Below are positions 9,653 to 21,819 of a stretch of DNA of 64,000 bases, piece by piece. Numbering within the stretch: position 1 is the first letter of the stretch; each line of letters starts with the position of its first letter. Below the pieces are notes generated by a model. That model searched no databases and was not told where the DNA came from. It was given only the letters and a program-made list of their open reading frames with translations. Source of the DNA: a bacterium (GTDB lineage Bacteria; SAR324; JACQKK01); contig OZ251219.1 of NCBI GenBank assembly GCA_965240465.1, positions 64,001-128,000 on the forward strand. The letters run 5' to 3'. The position numbers were made by a program, and so were the translations under genes.

Positions 9653-10744
9653 ATGCCTGAGCATTCATCTCTTATGCCTCCTTTGGCAACGAAAAGCCTG
9701 CGAGAAATTTTGGATTTCCTGGGTGGCAACACACGCTTAGAAGGAAATGATGACTGGAAGGTAAAGGGGGTCAACAGCCTAGAAGAAGCCGGGCCACAAG
9801 ATTTATCCTTTTGTGTTGGAGCAACATTTGCCAAGAAGCTAGCTACCAGTCGAGCGGGTTGTGTGATGCTACCCATCGGGATGCCTACTCCTAAGTCCTC
9901 CAATTACATACGCTGTGAGAATCCTAAAGCATCATTTGCACGGGTGTTGGGCTGGTTATATCAGCCATTACAACCAAAGGCGGGAATTCATCGGGATGCA
10001 TGGATTGATGAAAATGCGATAATTGACCCTTCGGCCAGCGTGATGGCTGGTGTATATGTAGGTGCTCACAGCGAGATTGGGGCTAATTGTATTCTATACC
10101 CTGGGGTGGTGGTAATGGAATATTGCCATCTGGGTCGTGGATGTATTCTACATCCTCGGGTAACCCTGAGAGAACAAACGGTGTTGGGAAGTAATGTTAT
10201 CTTGCATGCAGGAGTGGTACTGGGTGGCGATGGACACGGATATATACGTGAAAAGGACGGGCATCTGAAAATGCCTCAGGTGGGACGGGTAGTGATAGAA
10301 GATGGAGTAGATATCGGTTCATTAAGCAATGTTGATAGAGCTACCTTGGGAGTCACCAAAGTGGGTGCGGGTAGCAAAATAGATTCATTGGTGCATGTGG
10401 GACACAATGTTGTTTTGGGCAAGCGAGTAATGATACTTGGAAATTCAGCACTAGCAGGAGGTACAATACTTGAAGATGACGTAATCATAGGGGGATCCAG
10501 CGGTATTTTGCCAAGCTGTAGGATAGGCCAAGGTAGCATTGTGCATCCCTATACTCTGGTTACTAAAAATCTGCCTAAGAAATCAGATGTCTATGGCATT
10601 CCCGCCAGACCCCTCAAGGAAGAATTTCGTCGTCAGGCACACATAAGTCAATTGGATAAACTACAACAAAAAATTAAGGCTATGGAAAAGAAATTGTGCC
10701 GTTTATCTGCCATTATATCAAAATCCAAAATTAGCACGGACTAA
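9653..10744 (+). CDS. lpxD: UDP-3-O-(3-hydroxyacyl)glucosamine N-acyltransferase
   Basis: N-terminal uridine-binding domain 'VNSLEEAGPQDLSF', hexapeptide repeats, 'KMPQVGRVVIED', 'VDRATLG', 'KIDSLVHVGHNV'. Confidence 0.93.
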   Translation: MPEHSSLMPPLATKSLREILDFLGGNTRLEGNDDWKVKGVNSLEEAGPQDLSFCVGATFAKKLATSRAGCVMLPIGMPTPKSSNYIRCENPKASFARVLGWLYQPLQPKAGIHRDAWIDENAIIDPSASVMAGVYVGAHSEIGANCILYPGVVVMEYCHLGRGCILHPRVTLREQTVLGSNVILHAGVVLGGDGHGYIREKDGHLKMPQVGRVVIEDGVDIGSLSNVDRATLGVTKVGAGSKIDSLVHVGHNVVLGKRVMILGNSALAGGTILEDDVIIGGSSGILPSCRIGQGSIVHPYTLVTKNLPKKSDVYGIPARPLKEEFRRQAHISQLDKLQQKIKAMEKKLCRLSAIISKSKISTD

Positions 10745-10781
10745 GCCATATCTTGTCAACAGCCGAGCAAGTACGGCATAC

Positions 10782-11702
10782 ATGGACAGACATTTTTCTT
10801 ATGCCAAGGATAACATGGACGCCAATAGCATCACCGGTTTCGGAGTAGCCACGTTAACACCCTTCACTGCCAGCGGTGAGGTAGATATGGTTGCCCTGGA
10901 ACGTCATACCAAGTTTTTGATCAAAGGAGGAGCACAGTTTTTAGTTTCCTGCGGCACCACTGGAGAAATACCCACTTTATCTTGGGCTGAACAAGAAAAA
11001 ATCATCTCCCTCGTCCTAAAGATAGCCGATGGCCAAGTACCGGTGGTGGTAGGTTGCACCTCCAATAACACTCGCTCACTGATAATCTCTGCCAAACAAA
11101 TTGCAGATCTAGGGGTACGGTGGATAATGTCAGCTACTCCTTATTACAACAAACCTACCCAAGAGGGGATTTATCAACATTTTAAGGCCTTGCGAGAAGA
11201 AACAGGATTGGCAGTGATGGCATATAATATCCCCACCCGTACTGCAGGTGAAATCCTTCCTGATACAATCCAACGCCTCGCAGAGGATGATCTTATTTTT
11301 GCCCTCAAAGATGCCTCAGCCAATCTCACTCGGATACAAAAAACTTGCTCATTGTGTAGCAATCTGCGAGTGTTTTCCGGCGATGATGCCCTCTCTGCGG
11401 CAATTGTTGCGGTCGGGGGACAAGGAGTGGTGTCAGTAGTAGGAAATTTAGTACCACAATTGTTGCGTGCTTGGATCGATGCCCTTATGCGAGAAGATTT
11501 CTCTGCTGCTCGCAAAAAATTGCAACCCCTACTATCCCTGTTTGAAGCCTGCTTTTTGGAAAGCAGTCCCATTCCCGTAAAATTTGGTGCCGAAATACTG
11601 GGCTTAATGCACTCACGAGTACGCCTTCCGCTGACAATTGCCTCCCTTTCCACCCAAGCTAAAATGCAACAAACCCTACAGCCCTTAAAGGAAAACCTCT
11701 AA
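10782..11702 (+). CDS. dapA: 4-hydroxy-tetrahydrodipicolinate synthase (start may be ATG 10815)
   Basis: 'TPF', 'GTTGE', 'PYYNKPTQEG', 'YNIPTRT', 'LKDAS', 'SGDD', 'PIPVK'. Confidence 0.93.
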   Translation: MDRHFSYAKDNMDANSITGFGVATLTPFTASGEVDMVALERHTKFLIKGGAQFLVSCGTTGEIPTLSWAEQEKIISLVLKIADGQVPVVVGCTSNNTRSLIISAKQIADLGVRWIMSATPYYNKPTQEGIYQHFKALREETGLAVMAYNIPTRTAGEILPDTIQRLAEDDLIFALKDASANLTRIQKTCSLCSNLRVFSGDDALSAAIVAVGGQGVVSVVGNLVPQLLRAWIDALMREDFSAARKKLQPLLSLFEACFLESSPIPVKFGAEILGLMHSRVRLPLTIASLSTQAKMQQTLQPLKENL

Positions 11703-11759
11703 TTGGATTTTCTCCATCCCACCTACGACACTGCCCACAACCACTACCTATCTTCCTCC

Positions 11760-12578
11760 CTAACGGCGGCGGATACGCATGGAGTCGGTACGTTTTGATT
11801 TTCTAGTACGGAAACCCTTGGTAGGTTTACCCCAAGCAGTCACTGGATCCCGACCTCCAGAAGTTTTTCCCTCTCCACCACCATGGGGATGGTCTACTGG
11901 GTTCATGGCTACTCCCCGCACAGTAGGACGAATCCCTAACCAGCGTTTTCTGCCTGCTTTTCCCAAATTAATGTTGGCGTGATCTGCATTACTAACCTCA
12001 CCAATAGTAGCCATACAGCGTAACAGTATTTTCCTGATCTCTCCTGAACGCAGACGCATTTGGGCATATTTTTCACCTTTGGCAGTCAATACCGCAGATG
12101 TACCTGCTCCTCGGGCTAATTGACCTCCTTTGCCCGGCTTTAACTCCACATTGTGTACCACGGAACCAAGAGGAATATGGCTCAAAGGCAAGGCATTGCC
12201 TACCCGAATTTCTGAATCTTCGCCTGAAGTAATGGGACTTCCCACCGTCAGTCCTTTTGGAGTTAAAATATAGCGTTTATCTCCATCAGCATATGAAACC
12301 AGCGAAATATAAGCCGACCGATTGGGATCATATTCCACAGTGAGCAGCTTGGCAGGAACACCGAGCTTGTTGCGTTTGAAGTCAATGATGCGATAGCGGC
12401 GTTTATGTCCTCCTCCATGGTGGCGTACTGTAATACGCCCCGTGTTATTGCGACCGCCTGTTTTACTTAGCGGTGCTAGCAGGGGCTTGTATGGCTTATC
12501 AGTGGTTATTTCCTCAAAGGTGGAGCCACTCATGTCCCTGCGTCCTGGGGAAGTAGGATTGTAGCGGCGAATACCCAT
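11760..12578 (-). CDS. rplB: 50S ribosomal protein L2
   Basis: '[13 protein letters not shown]', 'EYDPNRSA', '[17 protein letters not shown]'. Confidence 0.99.
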   Translation of the reverse strand: MGIRRYNPTSPGRRDMSGSTFEEITTDKPYKPLLAPLSKTGGRNNTGRITVRHHGGGHKRRYRIIDFKRNKLGVPAKLLTVEYDPNRSAYISLVSYADGDKRYILTPKGLTVGSPITSGEDSEIRVGNALPLSHIPLGSVVHNVELKPGKGGQLARGAGTSAVLTAKGEKYAQMRLRSGEIRKILLRCMATIGEVSNADHANINLGKAGRKRWLGIRPTVRGVAMNPVDHPHGGGEGKTSGGRDPVTAWGKPTKGFRTRKSKRTDSMRIRRR

Positions 12579-12649
12579 GTTTTGTTTAATTAGGAATAGG
12601 ACAGCAAAAAATATAAAATATAGACACTGTGCAAAAAGAGCAACAAAGT

Positions 12650-12943
12650 TTAAGCCCCTTCAAAGTACTCAATTTTATCACCCTTTTTCATGGTGATGAC
12701 GGCTTTTTTCCAATCGGGGCGACGGCCTTTATGCCGTCCTAGACGTTTTTCCTTACCACGTACACGCAGTGTAGCCACCTTTTGCACACTGATCTTAAAT
12801 TCCTTTTCAAGAGATTTTTTAATCTCTAGTTTATTGGCATCTAGAGCCACCCGAAAAGTTACTTGGTTAAACTTTTCTTTCTGAGATAGGCCTTTCTCAG
12901 AAAGCAGGGCTGATTTGATGATACGAATTAATGGCTTTGTCAT
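12650..12943 (-). CDS. rplW: 50S ribosomal protein L23
   Basis: '[13 protein letters not shown]', 'WKKAVIT'. Confidence 0.96.
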   Translation of the reverse strand: MTKPLIRIIKSALLSEKGLSQKEKFNQVTFRVALDANKLEIKKSLEKEFKISVQKVATLRVRGKEKRLGRHKGRRPDWKKAVITMKKGDKIEYFEGA

Positions 12944-13590
12944 GCTGCCAGTCTTTCTTGCAAGATTTCCATAGCTTTACGAGAAATAATAAGGTGTGGA
13001 TGCTGCATCAGTTTGACAACATTCAATCTGGCGGGGACGATAAGTTCAACCCCTGGAAGGTTGGCACTGGCACGCAGGAGGTTTTTTGAGGGGTTATCTA
13101 CTACAATAAGAGCTCTTGGTGTCTGCTGTTCTTTCAGCCAGCCTACAAAATCTTTTGTCTTATGAGATGCGGGAGAAACATCATCAATCAGGTGCAATTT
13201 TTTGCTCTCGGCACAAGCAACAAGGGCTGCACGCAATATTTGCTTACGCTCTTTTTTGTTCATTTTGATTTCATAAGAACGCGGTTTAGGACCATGAGCT
13301 ACTCCGCCTCCACGCCTATGAGGAGCTTTGCCACTACCCATACGAGCACGACCAGTACCTTTCTGCTTGTACGCCTTACGTCCTGTGCCAGAAACAGCAT
13401 TACGAGAAAGACAAGAATGCGTACCTTGACGCTCACGCACACTATGATACACCACAGCCTGCTTTAACAAATGAGGCTTTAAGGAATCTTCCAGCCAACT
13501 TGCAGGAAGCTCAACCTTGGGATCGCCAGGGGCCTTCATAGTAGTTTCTCCCGAAACTTTTGCTTTGGTATCTTCTGTTTTTACGGTCAT
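12940..13590 (-). CDS. rplD: 50S ribosomal protein L4
   Basis: 'RQGTH..VSGTGRKAYKQKGTGRARMGS..GGGVAHGPKPR'. Confidence 0.97.
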   Translation of the reverse strand: MTVKTEDTKAKVSGETTMKAPGDPKVELPASWLEDSLKPHLLKQAVVYHSVRERQGTHSCLSRNAVSGTGRKAYKQKGTGRARMGSGKAPHRRGGGVAHGPKPRSYEIKMNKKERKQILRAALVACAESKKLHLIDDVSPASHKTKDFVGWLKEQQTPRALIVVDNPSKNLLRASANLPGVELIVPARLNVVKLMQHPHLIISRKAMEILQERLAA

Positions 13591-13629
13591 GAGAAAAAGA
13601 TCGTGTTAAAAAACCTGCAGATAGACAAC

Positions 13630-13941
13630 TTAAATTTGCGTCATGCTGATATCCACCCCAGCAGACGTTTCAAGCCGTTGCAGAGCATCCATTGTTTGTC
13701 GGTTAGGTTCAATAATAAACATTAGGCGTTTATGGGTTCGGCTTTCAAATTGTTCACGAGATTTCTTATCAACGTGGGGAGAACGCAACACGGTATAAAT
13801 GCGGCGCATGGTAGGAAGAGGTATCGGACCCTCTACTTCAGCCCCTGTACGTTTGACAGTATTCACAATTTCTTTCACTGCTTTGTCTAGCAAGGCATGG
13901 TCATAGGCTTTGAAACGCATTTTAATACGATTTATGGCCAT
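13630..13941 (-). CDS. rpsJ: 30S ribosomal protein S10
   Basis: 'KAYDHALLD', 'GPIPLPT', '[14 protein letters not shown]'. Confidence 0.99.
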   Translation of the reverse strand: MAINRIKMRFKAYDHALLDKAVKEIVNTVKRTGAEVEGPIPLPTMRRIYTVLRSPHVDKKSREQFESRTHKRLMFIIEPNRQTMDALQRLETSAGVDISMTQI

Positions 13942-13994
13942 GTTTCACCCAATGGCAATTGTGCAGTAATCATTGTTTAATTTCTTTCAGTGTG

Positions 13995-15194
13995 TCACTC
14001 GATTACCTCAGACACCACTCCAGAACCAATAGTACGGCTACCTTCACGGATGGCAAATCGTAGCTCTTTTTCCAAAGCAATGGGTGTAATCAATTCCACT
14101 GAGACTTCCACGCTATCACCGGGCATCACCATTTCAGTTCCCTCGGGTAACTGCACCATCCCTGTGACGTCGGTAGTACGAAAATAAAACTGGGGGCGGT
14201 AGTTTTTAAAGAAAGGGGTGTGTCGTCCGCCTTCATCTTTGGTCAGCACATAAACTTGGCCTATGAATTTTGTGTGAGGAGTTACGCTCCCCGGCTTGGC
14301 AAGCACCTGTCCGCGTTCAATTTCTTCCCGCTTAGTCCCTCGCAACAGTATGCCGACATTATCACCTGCACGACCTTCATCAAGCAATTTGCGGAACATT
14401 TCTACTCCTGTTACCACAGTGCTGACGGTATCTTTAATACCCACTATTTCCACTGTTTCGCCCACTTTTACAATACCACGCTCCACCCGTCCAGTAGCCA
14501 CAGTGCCACGCCCTGAGATAGAGAACACATCTTCCACAGGTAGAAGGAAAGGTTTTTCAATATCACGCTTAGGCTCTGGAATAAAACTATCCAATTGACC
14601 CATTAAATCCAGAATGCTCTTGTATTCATCGGCATTGATGTCTTCGCTCTTAGATTCCAGAGCTTTCAAGGCAGAACCTCTTACGATAGGGATTTTATCG
14701 CCTGAGAACTCATATTTAGTGAGTAGTTCTCTTACTTCCAGCTCCACCAGGTCCAGCAATTCTTTGTCATCAACTTGATCTACCTTATTCATAAACACCA
14801 CAATGTGAGGCACACCCACTTGACGTGCCAGCAGGATGTGCTCACGGGTTTGAGGCATGGGGCCGTCCGCAGCAGAGACCACTAGGATTGCACCATCCAT
14901 TTGGGCAGCACCGGTGATCATATTCTTCACGTAGTCAGCATGTCCTGGGCAATCCACGTGTGCGTAGTGACGAATATCTGTTTGATATTCTACGTGAGAC
15001 ACAGCAATTGTGATGCCGCGTGCCTTTTCTTCTGGGGCTTTATCAATTTGTTCAAACGCAGAAAATTCAGCTAGTTTTTTAAGAGATAGCACCTTGGTAA
15101 TAGCAGCCGTGAGAGAAGTTTTCCCGTGGTCTACATGCCCGATGGTGCCAACGTTAATATGAGGTTTGGAACGATCAAACTTTTCTTTAGACAT
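13995..15194 (-). CDS. tuf: Elongation factor Tu
   Basis: 'GHVDHGKT', '[15 protein letters not shown]', 'NKVD'. Confidence 0.99.
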   Translation of the reverse strand: MSKEKFDRSKPHINVGTIGHVDHGKTSLTAAITKVLSLKKLAEFSAFEQIDKAPEEKARGITIAVSHVEYQTDIRHYAHVDCPGHADYVKNMITGAAQMDGAILVVSAADGPMPQTREHILLARQVGVPHIVVFMNKVDQVDDKELLDLVELEVRELLTKYEFSGDKIPIVRGSALKALESKSEDINADEYKSILDLMGQLDSFIPEPKRDIEKPFLLPVEDVFSISGRGTVATGRVERGIVKVGETVEIVGIKDTVSTVVTGVEMFRKLLDEGRAGDNVGILLRGTKREEIERGQVLAKPGSVTPHTKFIGQVYVLTKDEGGRHTPFFKNYRPQFYFRTTDVTGMVQLPEGTEMVMPGDSVEVSVELITPIALEKELRFAIREGSRTIGSGVVSEVIE

Positions 15195-15413
15195 GGGTAG
15201 AGCTCTATTTTACTAAAAACAAAAAACGGTTAATGCAAACCAAAACAACGCCGATAAAGCCTCTGGATGCCAACTTACCTGATAGTAGTGTAAGAGCCAG
15301 TAGTACAAGTGGCTACGGTGTCATAGAACGTAACACAATGCAAGTGTTTATAACGCAATTTATTTCTGCTCAGCAAAAAATAATACTGAATATAAAATCT
15401 TCGATTTTACCTA

Positions 15414-17501
15414 TTAGCTAGCTTTGTACGTAGCCACCTGTTCTAGAACTGAAGTAGGCACTGGGTTATAGTGATGGAACTGCATGGTGTAATTGGCACG
15501 TCCTTGGGTCATGGAGCGTAATTGAGTGGAATAGCCAAACATTTCCCCCAGGGGGACTTCAGCCCTAATTACCTGTGCACCACTGCGTTCCTCCATTCCT
15601 TTAACCTTGCCACGGCGGCTACTGAGATCGCCCATCACATCGCCCATGTATTCTTGAGGGACAACCACCTCCACATCCATCACTGGCTCTAGAAGCACTG
15701 GTTTTGCACGCTTTACACCATTTTTAAGGGCTATAGAAGCACAAATCTTAAAAGCGATCTCTGATGAGTCCACTTCGTGAAAAGAACCATCTTTCAGTAC
15801 TACCTTCATATCTACCATGGGATATCCTGCCAGTACTCCGTTATTCATGGCTTCACGTAATCCCTTTTCCACAGCAGGAATATATTCCTTAGGTATTGCA
15901 CCTCCCACAATGCGACTTTCAAACTCAAAGCCCAAGCCAGGCTCCAATGGTTCTATACTCATCAACACATGGGCATACTGACCACGACCACCAGTCTGCT
16001 TAACATACTTGTTCTCCACTTCAGTCTCTTTAGTGATGGTTTCCCTATAAGCCACCTGAGGTTTACCCACATCGCCCTCCACTTTAAATTCACGCATTAG
16101 TCGATCAACTATGATCTCCAAATGCAACTCTCCCATACCAGATATAATAGTTTGATTAGACTCCACATCTGTTTTCACCCGAAAGGAGGGGTCTTCCTGT
16201 GCCAATTTCTGTAGGGCAACGCTCATTTTTTCATAATCGGCCTTGGTTTTAGGTTCTAGAGCTACATCAATCACGGGAGCTGGAAATTCTATTTTTTCTA
16301 GCAATATTGGTTGCTCAACCGAAGAAAGAGTATCACCAGTATTAGCACTAGAAAGACCAATGGCAGCTGCGATATCGCCTGCATATATTTCCCTTACTTC
16401 TTCTCTCTTGTTGGCGTGCATACGCATTATACGCCCTACGCGGTCTTTTTTCTGACGAGTAGAATTAAAAGTCCGCATGCCCTGCTGTAGAACCCCAGAA
16501 TAAACTCGTAAAAAAGTGAGCTGCCCCACATAAGGATCAGTCATAACCTTAAAAGCCAGGGCCGAAAGAGGGGCATCATCTTGAGGTGGGCGGTTTGCCT
16601 TTTCTCCCTTAGCATCTTCACCGACCACATCACCAACATCTATAGGAGAGGGCAAATACTTGACCACCGCATCCAGTAACATTTGCACACCCTTGTTCTT
16701 AAAGGCACTTCCGCAAAGCACTGGAGTTATCTTACCACTAAGCGTTGCCTTACGAATGGCGCGCTCAATTTCTGCAGATTCAAGAGGTTTTTCTTCCAAA
16801 ATTTTCTCAGTGAGAGCATCATCAAACTCAGAAACAGCATCCAGCATACACTCTCGGGCTTCTTCTGCTGCATCTTTGAGATCGGAAGGAACATCTTTTA
16901 CTTCAAATTTGGCACCTAAGGTATCATCAATGAAATAGATAGCCTTCATGGTGACCAAATTCACCATACCCTGAAATAAAGCTTCACTCCCAATAGGAAT
17001 CTGCAAAGCCAATGGACGAGCATTAAGACGCTCGCGAATGGTCTTGATGGAATGATCGAAATCAGAACCTACGCGATCCATCTTGTTGATAAAACAAATG
17101 CGAGGAACATTGTATTTATCAGCCTGCCGCCAGACCGTTTCCGATTGCGGCTCTACACCATTTACAGCGTCAAAAACAGCTACAGCACCATCTAGCACGC
17201 GCAAGGAACGTTCCACCTCAATGGTGAAATCTACATGGCCAGGAGTGTCAATGATATTGATATAATAATTTTCCTTATCTATTTGCCACTGACAAAAAGT
17301 AGCCGCAGAGGTAATCGTAATCCCACGCTCTTGCTCTTGCTCCATCCAATCCATGGTGGAGGCACCATCGTGGACTTCGCCCATTTTGTGGCTACGCCCG
17401 GTGTAATAAAGAATACGTTCAGTAGTGGTGGTTTTACCAGCATCAATGTGTGCCATAATGCCAATGTTGCGATAACGTTCTAAGGGATATTGTCTTGGCA
17501 C
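15414..17501 (-). CDS. fusA: Elongation factor G (GTG start at 17501, after AAGGAA)
   Basis: '[21 protein letters not shown]', 'DTPGHVDF', 'GMGELHL'. Confidence 0.99.
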   Translation of the reverse strand: MPRQYPLERYRNIGIMAHIDAGKTTTTERILYYTGRSHKMGEVHDGASTMDWMEQEQERGITITSAATFCQWQIDKENYYINIIDTPGHVDFTIEVERSLRVLDGAVAVFDAVNGVEPQSETVWRQADKYNVPRICFINKMDRVGSDFDHSIKTIRERLNARPLALQIPIGSEALFQGMVNLVTMKAIYFIDDTLGAKFEVKDVPSDLKDAAEEARECMLDAVSEFDDALTEKILEEKPLESAEIERAIRKATLSGKITPVLCGSAFKNKGVQMLLDAVVKYLPSPIDVGDVVGEDAKGEKANRPPQDDAPLSALAFKVMTDPYVGQLTFLRVYSGVLQQGMRTFNSTRQKKDRVGRIMRMHANKREEVREIYAGDIAAAIGLSSANTGDTLSSVEQPILLEKIEFPAPVIDVALEPKTKADYEKMSVALQKLAQEDPSFRVKTDVESNQTIISGMGELHLEIIVDRLMREFKVEGDVGKPQVAYRETITKETEVENKYVKQTGGRGQYAHVLMSIEPLEPGLGFEFESRIVGGAIPKEYIPAVEKGLREAMNNGVLAGYPMVDMKVVLKDGSFHEVDSSEIAFKICASIALKNGVKRAKPVLLEPVMDVEVVVPQEYMGDVMGDLSSRRGKVKGMEERSGAQVIRAEVPLGEMFGYSTQLRSMTQGRANYTMQFHHYNPVPTSVLEQVATYKAS

Positions 17502-17533
17502 TGTAGTTGTTTCCTTAGAATCGAAAAGCAGGT

Positions 17534-18007
17534 CTACCAACGATAGTGGGCAAACGCTCTATTAGATTCGGCCATGCGGTGGATATCTTCTTTTTTGCGC
17601 ATAGAATTCCCACGCTTGTGGAAAGCATCCAGCAATTCAGCAGATAATTTTTCTTGCATAGAACGCCCTTTACGCTGAATTGCGTTTTGGATAATCCAGC
17701 GGATACTTAATGCTTGGCGACGTTCTGGCCTTACCTCAACAGGCACCTGATAGGTAGAACCTCCTACCCGTCGTGATTTTACTTCCACGGTGGGTTTAAC
17801 ATTCTCAACCGCGGTCTGCACCAACTCCAAAACATGAGTGCGGGATTCCTTGCGTTTTAAATCTTCCATAGCCCGATACAGAATTCCCTGTGCGACACCC
17901 TTTTTGCCATCATTCATCAAGGCATTGATGAATTTGCTGATCAATTCATCCCGATAGATAGGGTCTGGGGGGATGTTTCGTGGTTCTGTGCGTCTTCTAC
18001 GAGACAT
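17534..18007 (-). CDS. rpsG: 30S ribosomal protein S7
   Basis: '[15 protein letters not shown]', '[13 protein letters not shown]'. Confidence 0.99.
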   Translation of the reverse strand: MSRRRRTEPRNIPPDPIYRDELISKFINALMNDGKKGVAQGILYRAMEDLKRKESRTHVLELVQTAVENVKPTVEVKSRRVGGSTYQVPVEVRPERRQALSIRWIIQNAIQRKGRSMQEKLSAELLDAFHKRGNSMRKKEDIHRMAESNRAFAHYRW

Positions 18008-18079
18008 GAATAGGGCACTATAAAAAGGATAAAAATTGCTAATAAATTTTATTGAACAGGGGGAAAAGAAAAATTACCT

Positions 18080-18451
18080 CTACTTGCTACGCTTAGCACC
18101 GTATTTAGAGCGTCCTTGCTTACGATTTTCAGGGGCGGTAGTATCCAAAGTCCCCCGTACCATGTGGTAACGAACCCCTGGCAGATCCTTCACTCGTCCA
18201 CCTCTAATCAGTACCACAGAGTGCTCTTGCAGATTGTGTCCAATACCGGGGATGTAGCTATTTACTTCCATCCCATTAGTTAATCTAACCCGTGCAACCT
18301 TACGCAACGCAGAATTAGGTTTTTTTGGAGTGGTGGTATAAACTCTCACGCAAACTCCACGCTTCTGCGGACAAGATTCTAAAGCAGGAGTATCTGTCTT
18401 GGTGGGTTTGTTCTTGCGTCCTTTGCGCACCATTTGGTTTAAGGTTGGCAT
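18080..18451 (-). CDS. rpsL: 30S ribosomal protein S12
   Basis: '[11 protein letters not shown]', '[12 protein letters not shown]'. Confidence 0.99.
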   Translation of the reverse strand: MPTLNQMVRKGRKNKPTKTDTPALESCPQKRGVCVRVYTTTPKKPNSALRKVARVRLTNGMEVNSYIPGIGHNLQEHSVVLIRGGRVKDLPGVRYHMVRGTLDTTAPENRKQGRSKYGAKRSK

Positions 18452-18744
18452 ACGATGATCTTTCTTGGTCTTGTTATCAATTCCTGCTTAATAATTATTG
18501 CCTAATATTTACTGTTTGGTCACCGCCATTTAATAGATCTTGCCTATATACCAATTTCTACAAATCCTTTTATGCCAAGGACAACAGCAGATGCTAGCAA
18601 ATAAATATCCTTTATGCAATGCACAAAATGCAAGAGAATTGAGCGTAAAAAACAGCTTTGATTATTGATTATGAAGCCTTCTTTCATGCAACATGATTTG
18701 AAGACATATATATTAGCCAAGATTGAAATGAGTAAATATTAAAA

Positions 18745-20694
18745 ATGGTGTTAAAAAATCAAAGGATTGAGGGATGGGGCCAAGATAAGAATTTACGTAA
18801 AGAGGGGGTGCGGTGGATGGTGTTGGTGGCATTGTTATTGGGTCTTCCGTGGTTGAGGCTACAAGATGGGAGTCAGAGTGGCGAGTTAGTATTGTATCCC
18901 TTGCACTTCCTATTAGGGGGGTTATTTTTGCTACAGGCGATATTTTTGTGGAGAAGAAACTGCCTAGGTATACCTCGTCGGGCAGTGTTATGGGCAATGG
19001 GATCATTGTTGCTACTGTTGCTGTTTATGTTAACGACACTGTTGTGGGAAAAACAGTGGGCGACAGCAGCAGTGTTGTCGACTGCAATAATAGCTAATCT
19101 GGGTTGGGGGGCAGTAGCTTTTCAGTGTGGTATGAGAACTAAGAATGGATTACAATTTGGTACGATCGCTTTTTTACTGCTTTTGGGAGGGCTTGTTTTG
19201 GGAGGGCTACAGTGGATGGGTACTCAATTGTGGCCTTGGGCTTGTAATGTGCTTCCTTGTCTAGCTGGTAGAGAGCATCTACCACGGCGTTTTATGGGAG
19301 GATTTGTCGGTGCGGACCAATATTTACTGTTTTTGGTAGTTTTGCTACCCGCGTGGGGAAATGTTTTGTTTGGTTGGTTCCGCCAATCGCTGGTAACCGG
19401 GCGTTTCTTGTTATTATTGACCTTTGTGTTGGTAGTAGGAGTGACTGTTCTGCTGGCAATGTCCTTGGTGATGGCAGTATTTTTGTTGCTGTGCTGGCTG
19501 ATATTACACTGGATATTGAAGCTGATGGGAGAATCTAGAGATGTACAGCTACTGGGAGGCATGGTTTTATTGATTTTAGCTGGAGGGCTGTGGGTTTATC
19601 AGGTAGTCCCGGGTTATGCTGATCATTTTCCTTTGGTAGAAACTACTTTGCGGCATGGACGTGAGGCAAAATTGGTGGTGCTTAATGAAGAATTTCCCTT
19701 AAAAGCAACTCGATATGGTCCCATTGAGGTAGAGCTGGAATTAACAAATACTGGCCGGCTAAACCTAGGCACCCAGGCAGAAGCTCCCGTACGAATAATG
19801 GCTAGAGTACTGGTGGAAGAACCACCCGGTAACAACCATCTTACAGAGACGATATTGTTGCAACCATTGTTGTTATCAAAGCCTCTTTTAACGGGCGAGC
19901 AGCTTAGATTGCCAGTACATGTCACACTACCAAATTGGGCGGAGCGTGGACATATGGAATTTTTACTGGATAACGGTGATGGGTCCGTGGTTCGTCTTGC
20001 CAAAGACTCAAAAACCTATATTAGCTTTGAATTACCGGGTGGAAAATCTACTCTTCTCACTAAAGAAAATAACGTAGGCACCATCATGGCACAAGCATGG
20101 CAACCATTGCGAGAAAAAGAGGTGAAAATGATGCAAAGAACAAACACTCTCACCTTAGAAACCCTAGCACGCGATACTATAGACACCATTTTATTCGCCC
20201 CTTTTTTAGGCATCGGCAGTCTTAGTAAAATCAAGCCAGTAGATGAACGAGGGCCATTTTTATTACGTTTGTTTAGGGGTTTCGGCTTAGTGGGACTAAT
20301 ACTGGCACTTTGGACACCATCCTTGCTGTTATTTTACGTATGGCAAGCCTTCCGACTTAGAGACTCAAAAAACAATGGATTGTCGCCGCTTTTAATGGGA
20401 ATTTCTGTGATAATATTGTCGGTAGCAGGATTATTTTCGGCCAGCGTGGGGAATTATCATATGCTGTGGGCACTCAGCCTGCACTTGGGGTACGTACAAG
20501 GAAGAGCTGTTGCTTCAATCCCCAACAGGGGAGCAATAAATTACTCGGAGATGTTGTTACCAAGACCATGGCAACAGGTATCTGTCCGGGTCATTAAGGG
20601 GCTGTACTCATACGTTCCATTCCTTCGCAAGAGATTCCATGTTCGCCTGTGGAAATTGCTCACTGGCCGGCAACACAACAAAAACAAGAAATAA
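18745..20694 (+). CDS. Polytopic membrane protein, O-antigen ligase-like with inserted Ig-like periplasmic domain
   Basis: About 12 hydrophobic segments; 'RFMGGF', 'PFLGIG', 'GLVGLIL' in WaaL-like order; beta-rich insert 'IEVELELTNTG..LPVHVTLP'. Confidence 0.5.
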   Translation: MVLKNQRIEGWGQDKNLRKEGVRWMVLVALLLGLPWLRLQDGSQSGELVLYPLHFLLGGLFLLQAIFLWRRNCLGIPRRAVLWAMGSLLLLLLFMLTTLLWEKQWATAAVLSTAIIANLGWGAVAFQCGMRTKNGLQFGTIAFLLLLGGLVLGGLQWMGTQLWPWACNVLPCLAGREHLPRRFMGGFVGADQYLLFLVVLLPAWGNVLFGWFRQSLVTGRFLLLLTFVLVVGVTVLLAMSLVMAVFLLLCWLILHWILKLMGESRDVQLLGGMVLLILAGGLWVYQVVPGYADHFPLVETTLRHGREAKLVVLNEEFPLKATRYGPIEVELELTNTGRLNLGTQAEAPVRIMARVLVEEPPGNNHLTETILLQPLLLSKPLLTGEQLRLPVHVTLPNWAERGHMEFLLDNGDGSVVRLAKDSKTYISFELPGGKSTLLTKENNVGTIMAQAWQPLREKEVKMMQRTNTLTLETLARDTIDTILFAPFLGIGSLSKIKPVDERGPFLLRLFRGFGLVGLILALWTPSLLLFYVWQAFRLRDSKNNGLSPLLMGISVIILSVAGLFSASVGNYHMLWALSLHLGYVQGRAVASIPNRGAINYSEMLLPRPWQQVSVRVIKGLYSYVPFLRKRFHVRLWKLLTGRQHNKNKK

Positions 20695-21689
20695 TGTTCT
20701 TCAGTTTTAATAATTTTTTTATGGTCAGCTCCAAAAGTACATTCAAAAACCCCTCTGAGACTTCTATTTCTCGCCCGCATCAAAAGATGGCACACAACAA
20801 AAAAACATCCTCGCAGTCGCCTTTGGCATCATCTTCTGCACCTTCAGAATATCCAAAATCTAAGGGAAAACAGCGTCGCTGGCTACACATTTGGCTACCT
20901 AAGGCTCAAAAAGAAGCACGGCTCGGGATAGAACAGCTGGGCAAGACCAGCATCAACTGGCTGGAAGAAACTGGAGCTTTGGGCCTACAATTTATACAGA
21001 CATTCCGCTTGGCTTTTTGCCCACCATATCGCTGGAAGCTGTTGTTTAAACAAATGGAATTCATTGGTAATAAATCACTAGGAATAGTTGTACTGAGTGG
21101 TCTATTTACGGGCATGGTACTCACTTTTCAAAGTTATCGTTCGCTACGTGAATTCGGTTCAGAATCCATCGTAGGCGGACTGGTGGCTGTATCTATGGTA
21201 AGAGAACTGGGACCCGTACTATCGGCTTTGATGGTCAATGCCCGAGCTGGATCGGCCATTGCAGCCGAAGTAGCTTCCATGAGAGTGACTGAGCAAATTG
21301 ATGCCTTACTAGCCATGGCGGTTAATCCTATCCAGTACCTAATTACACCTAGGGTGCTGGCAGGCTTGATCATGATGCCAATGCTGACAGTAATTGCAGA
21401 TTTAACCGGCCTGATGGGTAGCTATCTAGTGGGAGTATTGCTACTGAAGGTGGACCCTGGAATCTTTGTTACAAAAATCAGAGATTTTCTAAGCTTTAGC
21501 GACATCTTGCAGGGATCCTTTAAGGCAGCTGTGTTTGGGATTACTTTAACTCAGGTAGGCTGTTTTAATGGCTACCATACCCATGGCGGTGCAGAAGGAG
21601 TAGGGCGGGCAACTACTAAAGCGGTGGTAGTATCATCAGTTTTGATATTGATGTTTGATTATTTAATTACTGTTTTTTGGCAATCTTAA
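20694..21689 (+). CDS. mlaE: MlaE-family lipid asymmetry ABC permease (start uncertain, long hydrophilic N-terminus)
   Basis: 'RELGPVLSALMVNARAGSAIAAEVASMRVTEQIDAL', 'GGAEGVGRATTKAVV'. Confidence 0.92.
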   Translation: MFFSFNNFFMVSSKSTFKNPSETSISRPHQKMAHNKKTSSQSPLASSSAPSEYPKSKGKQRRWLHIWLPKAQKEARLGIEQLGKTSINWLEETGALGLQFIQTFRLAFCPPYRWKLLFKQMEFIGNKSLGIVVLSGLFTGMVLTFQSYRSLREFGSESIVGGLVAVSMVRELGPVLSALMVNARAGSAIAAEVASMRVTEQIDALLAMAVNPIQYLITPRVLAGLIMMPMLTVIADLTGLMGSYLVGVLLLKVDPGIFVTKIRDFLSFSDILQGSFKAAVFGITLTQVGCFNGYHTHGGAEGVGRATTKAVVVSSVLILMFDYLITVFWQS

Positions 21690-21819
21690 TGCATAACCAA
21701 TATTGTTACACTAATAGCACCAGTCCCTTAGGACTATTTCGCTAGTTATTTTATATTGTCTTTAGGTTAAAACGTAGACTTACCTCAGGGTAATCCAAAC
21801 AGCTAAAGGAAGCTTATTT

